DNA of 64,000 nt from Eledone cirrhosa. Taxonomy: Eukaryota. Position numbers and translations under genes: made by a program. The DNA is taken from positions 121,024,001 to 121,088,000 of the forward strand of contig OZ024745.1 in assembly GCA_964016885.1 (NCBI GenBank), read 5' to 3'. Shown here one piece after another: positions 63,640 through 64,000 of this stretch; position 1 is the stretch's first letter; each line of letters begins with the position of its first letter. Below the pieces are notes generated by a model. It was not told the origin of the DNA. It saw nothing but the letters and a program-made list of their open reading frames with translations, and searched no databases.

Positions 63640-64000
63640 AGTAAAATAAGCTTAAAAAGCATGTTTGTCTTTCTTTTCTTAACCGGCTACGTAGCCTATT
63701 CCAAAATCCGAATAATTTATTTGGGATTTTGTTTTGCTTTGTTTTGTTTTTAATTATGAACCATTTTGTAGCCTGCTACTATGCATTTTCAATATCCTGT
63801 GCATGTATATTATGGTACAAACAATGATGTCATTAGTGTAAACAGCATAGTGCTTCTCACGATACACGTTATCTTTTGCTCTGATAGCGGCTCGGTTGTC
63901 CACCACTTTCACATGCCTTTTGTTGGATGTGGTCCTAATCAGTTAATTTACACACATAAAATATACATTCACACGAAGTCCCATGTACGCAGATTTATTA

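Overview
AT-rich, repeat-saturated animal genomic DNA. The abundant tRNA-derived SINE, the (TA)n/(CA)n/(GAT)n load and the LINE spectrum point to a coleoid cephalopod, probably Octopus (inference, no search run). There is no prokaryotic content and no intact transposon ORF. Almost all listed ORFs are microsatellite read-throughs, antisense shadows of LINEs, or decayed LINE fragments (RTE, BovB-like, Expander-like, CR1-like, L1/Tx1, R4/Dong, CRE, Penelope). Also present are two SINE families, piggyBac-type and Tigger-type MITEs and a non-autonomous Helitron. A host gene probably runs on the minus strand through about 1-26 kb: two phase-compatible coding exons at 11606-11674 and 3104-3197, and a candidate first exon with a YY1 motif near 26.2 kb. 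Its product is not recognised. The most notable structures are a PHD-type (C4HC3) finger inserted inside the RT of the resident RTE families, whose copies mostly sit inside (TA)n arrays; a head-to-head, two-tailed RTE insertion (40750-42583); and a near-identical 1.06 kb inverted duplication with microhomology at both junctions (58757-59817 / 62576-63639). I cannot show that any of these is a new biological system. Coordinates were read by eye and decayed-element boundaries are approximate.
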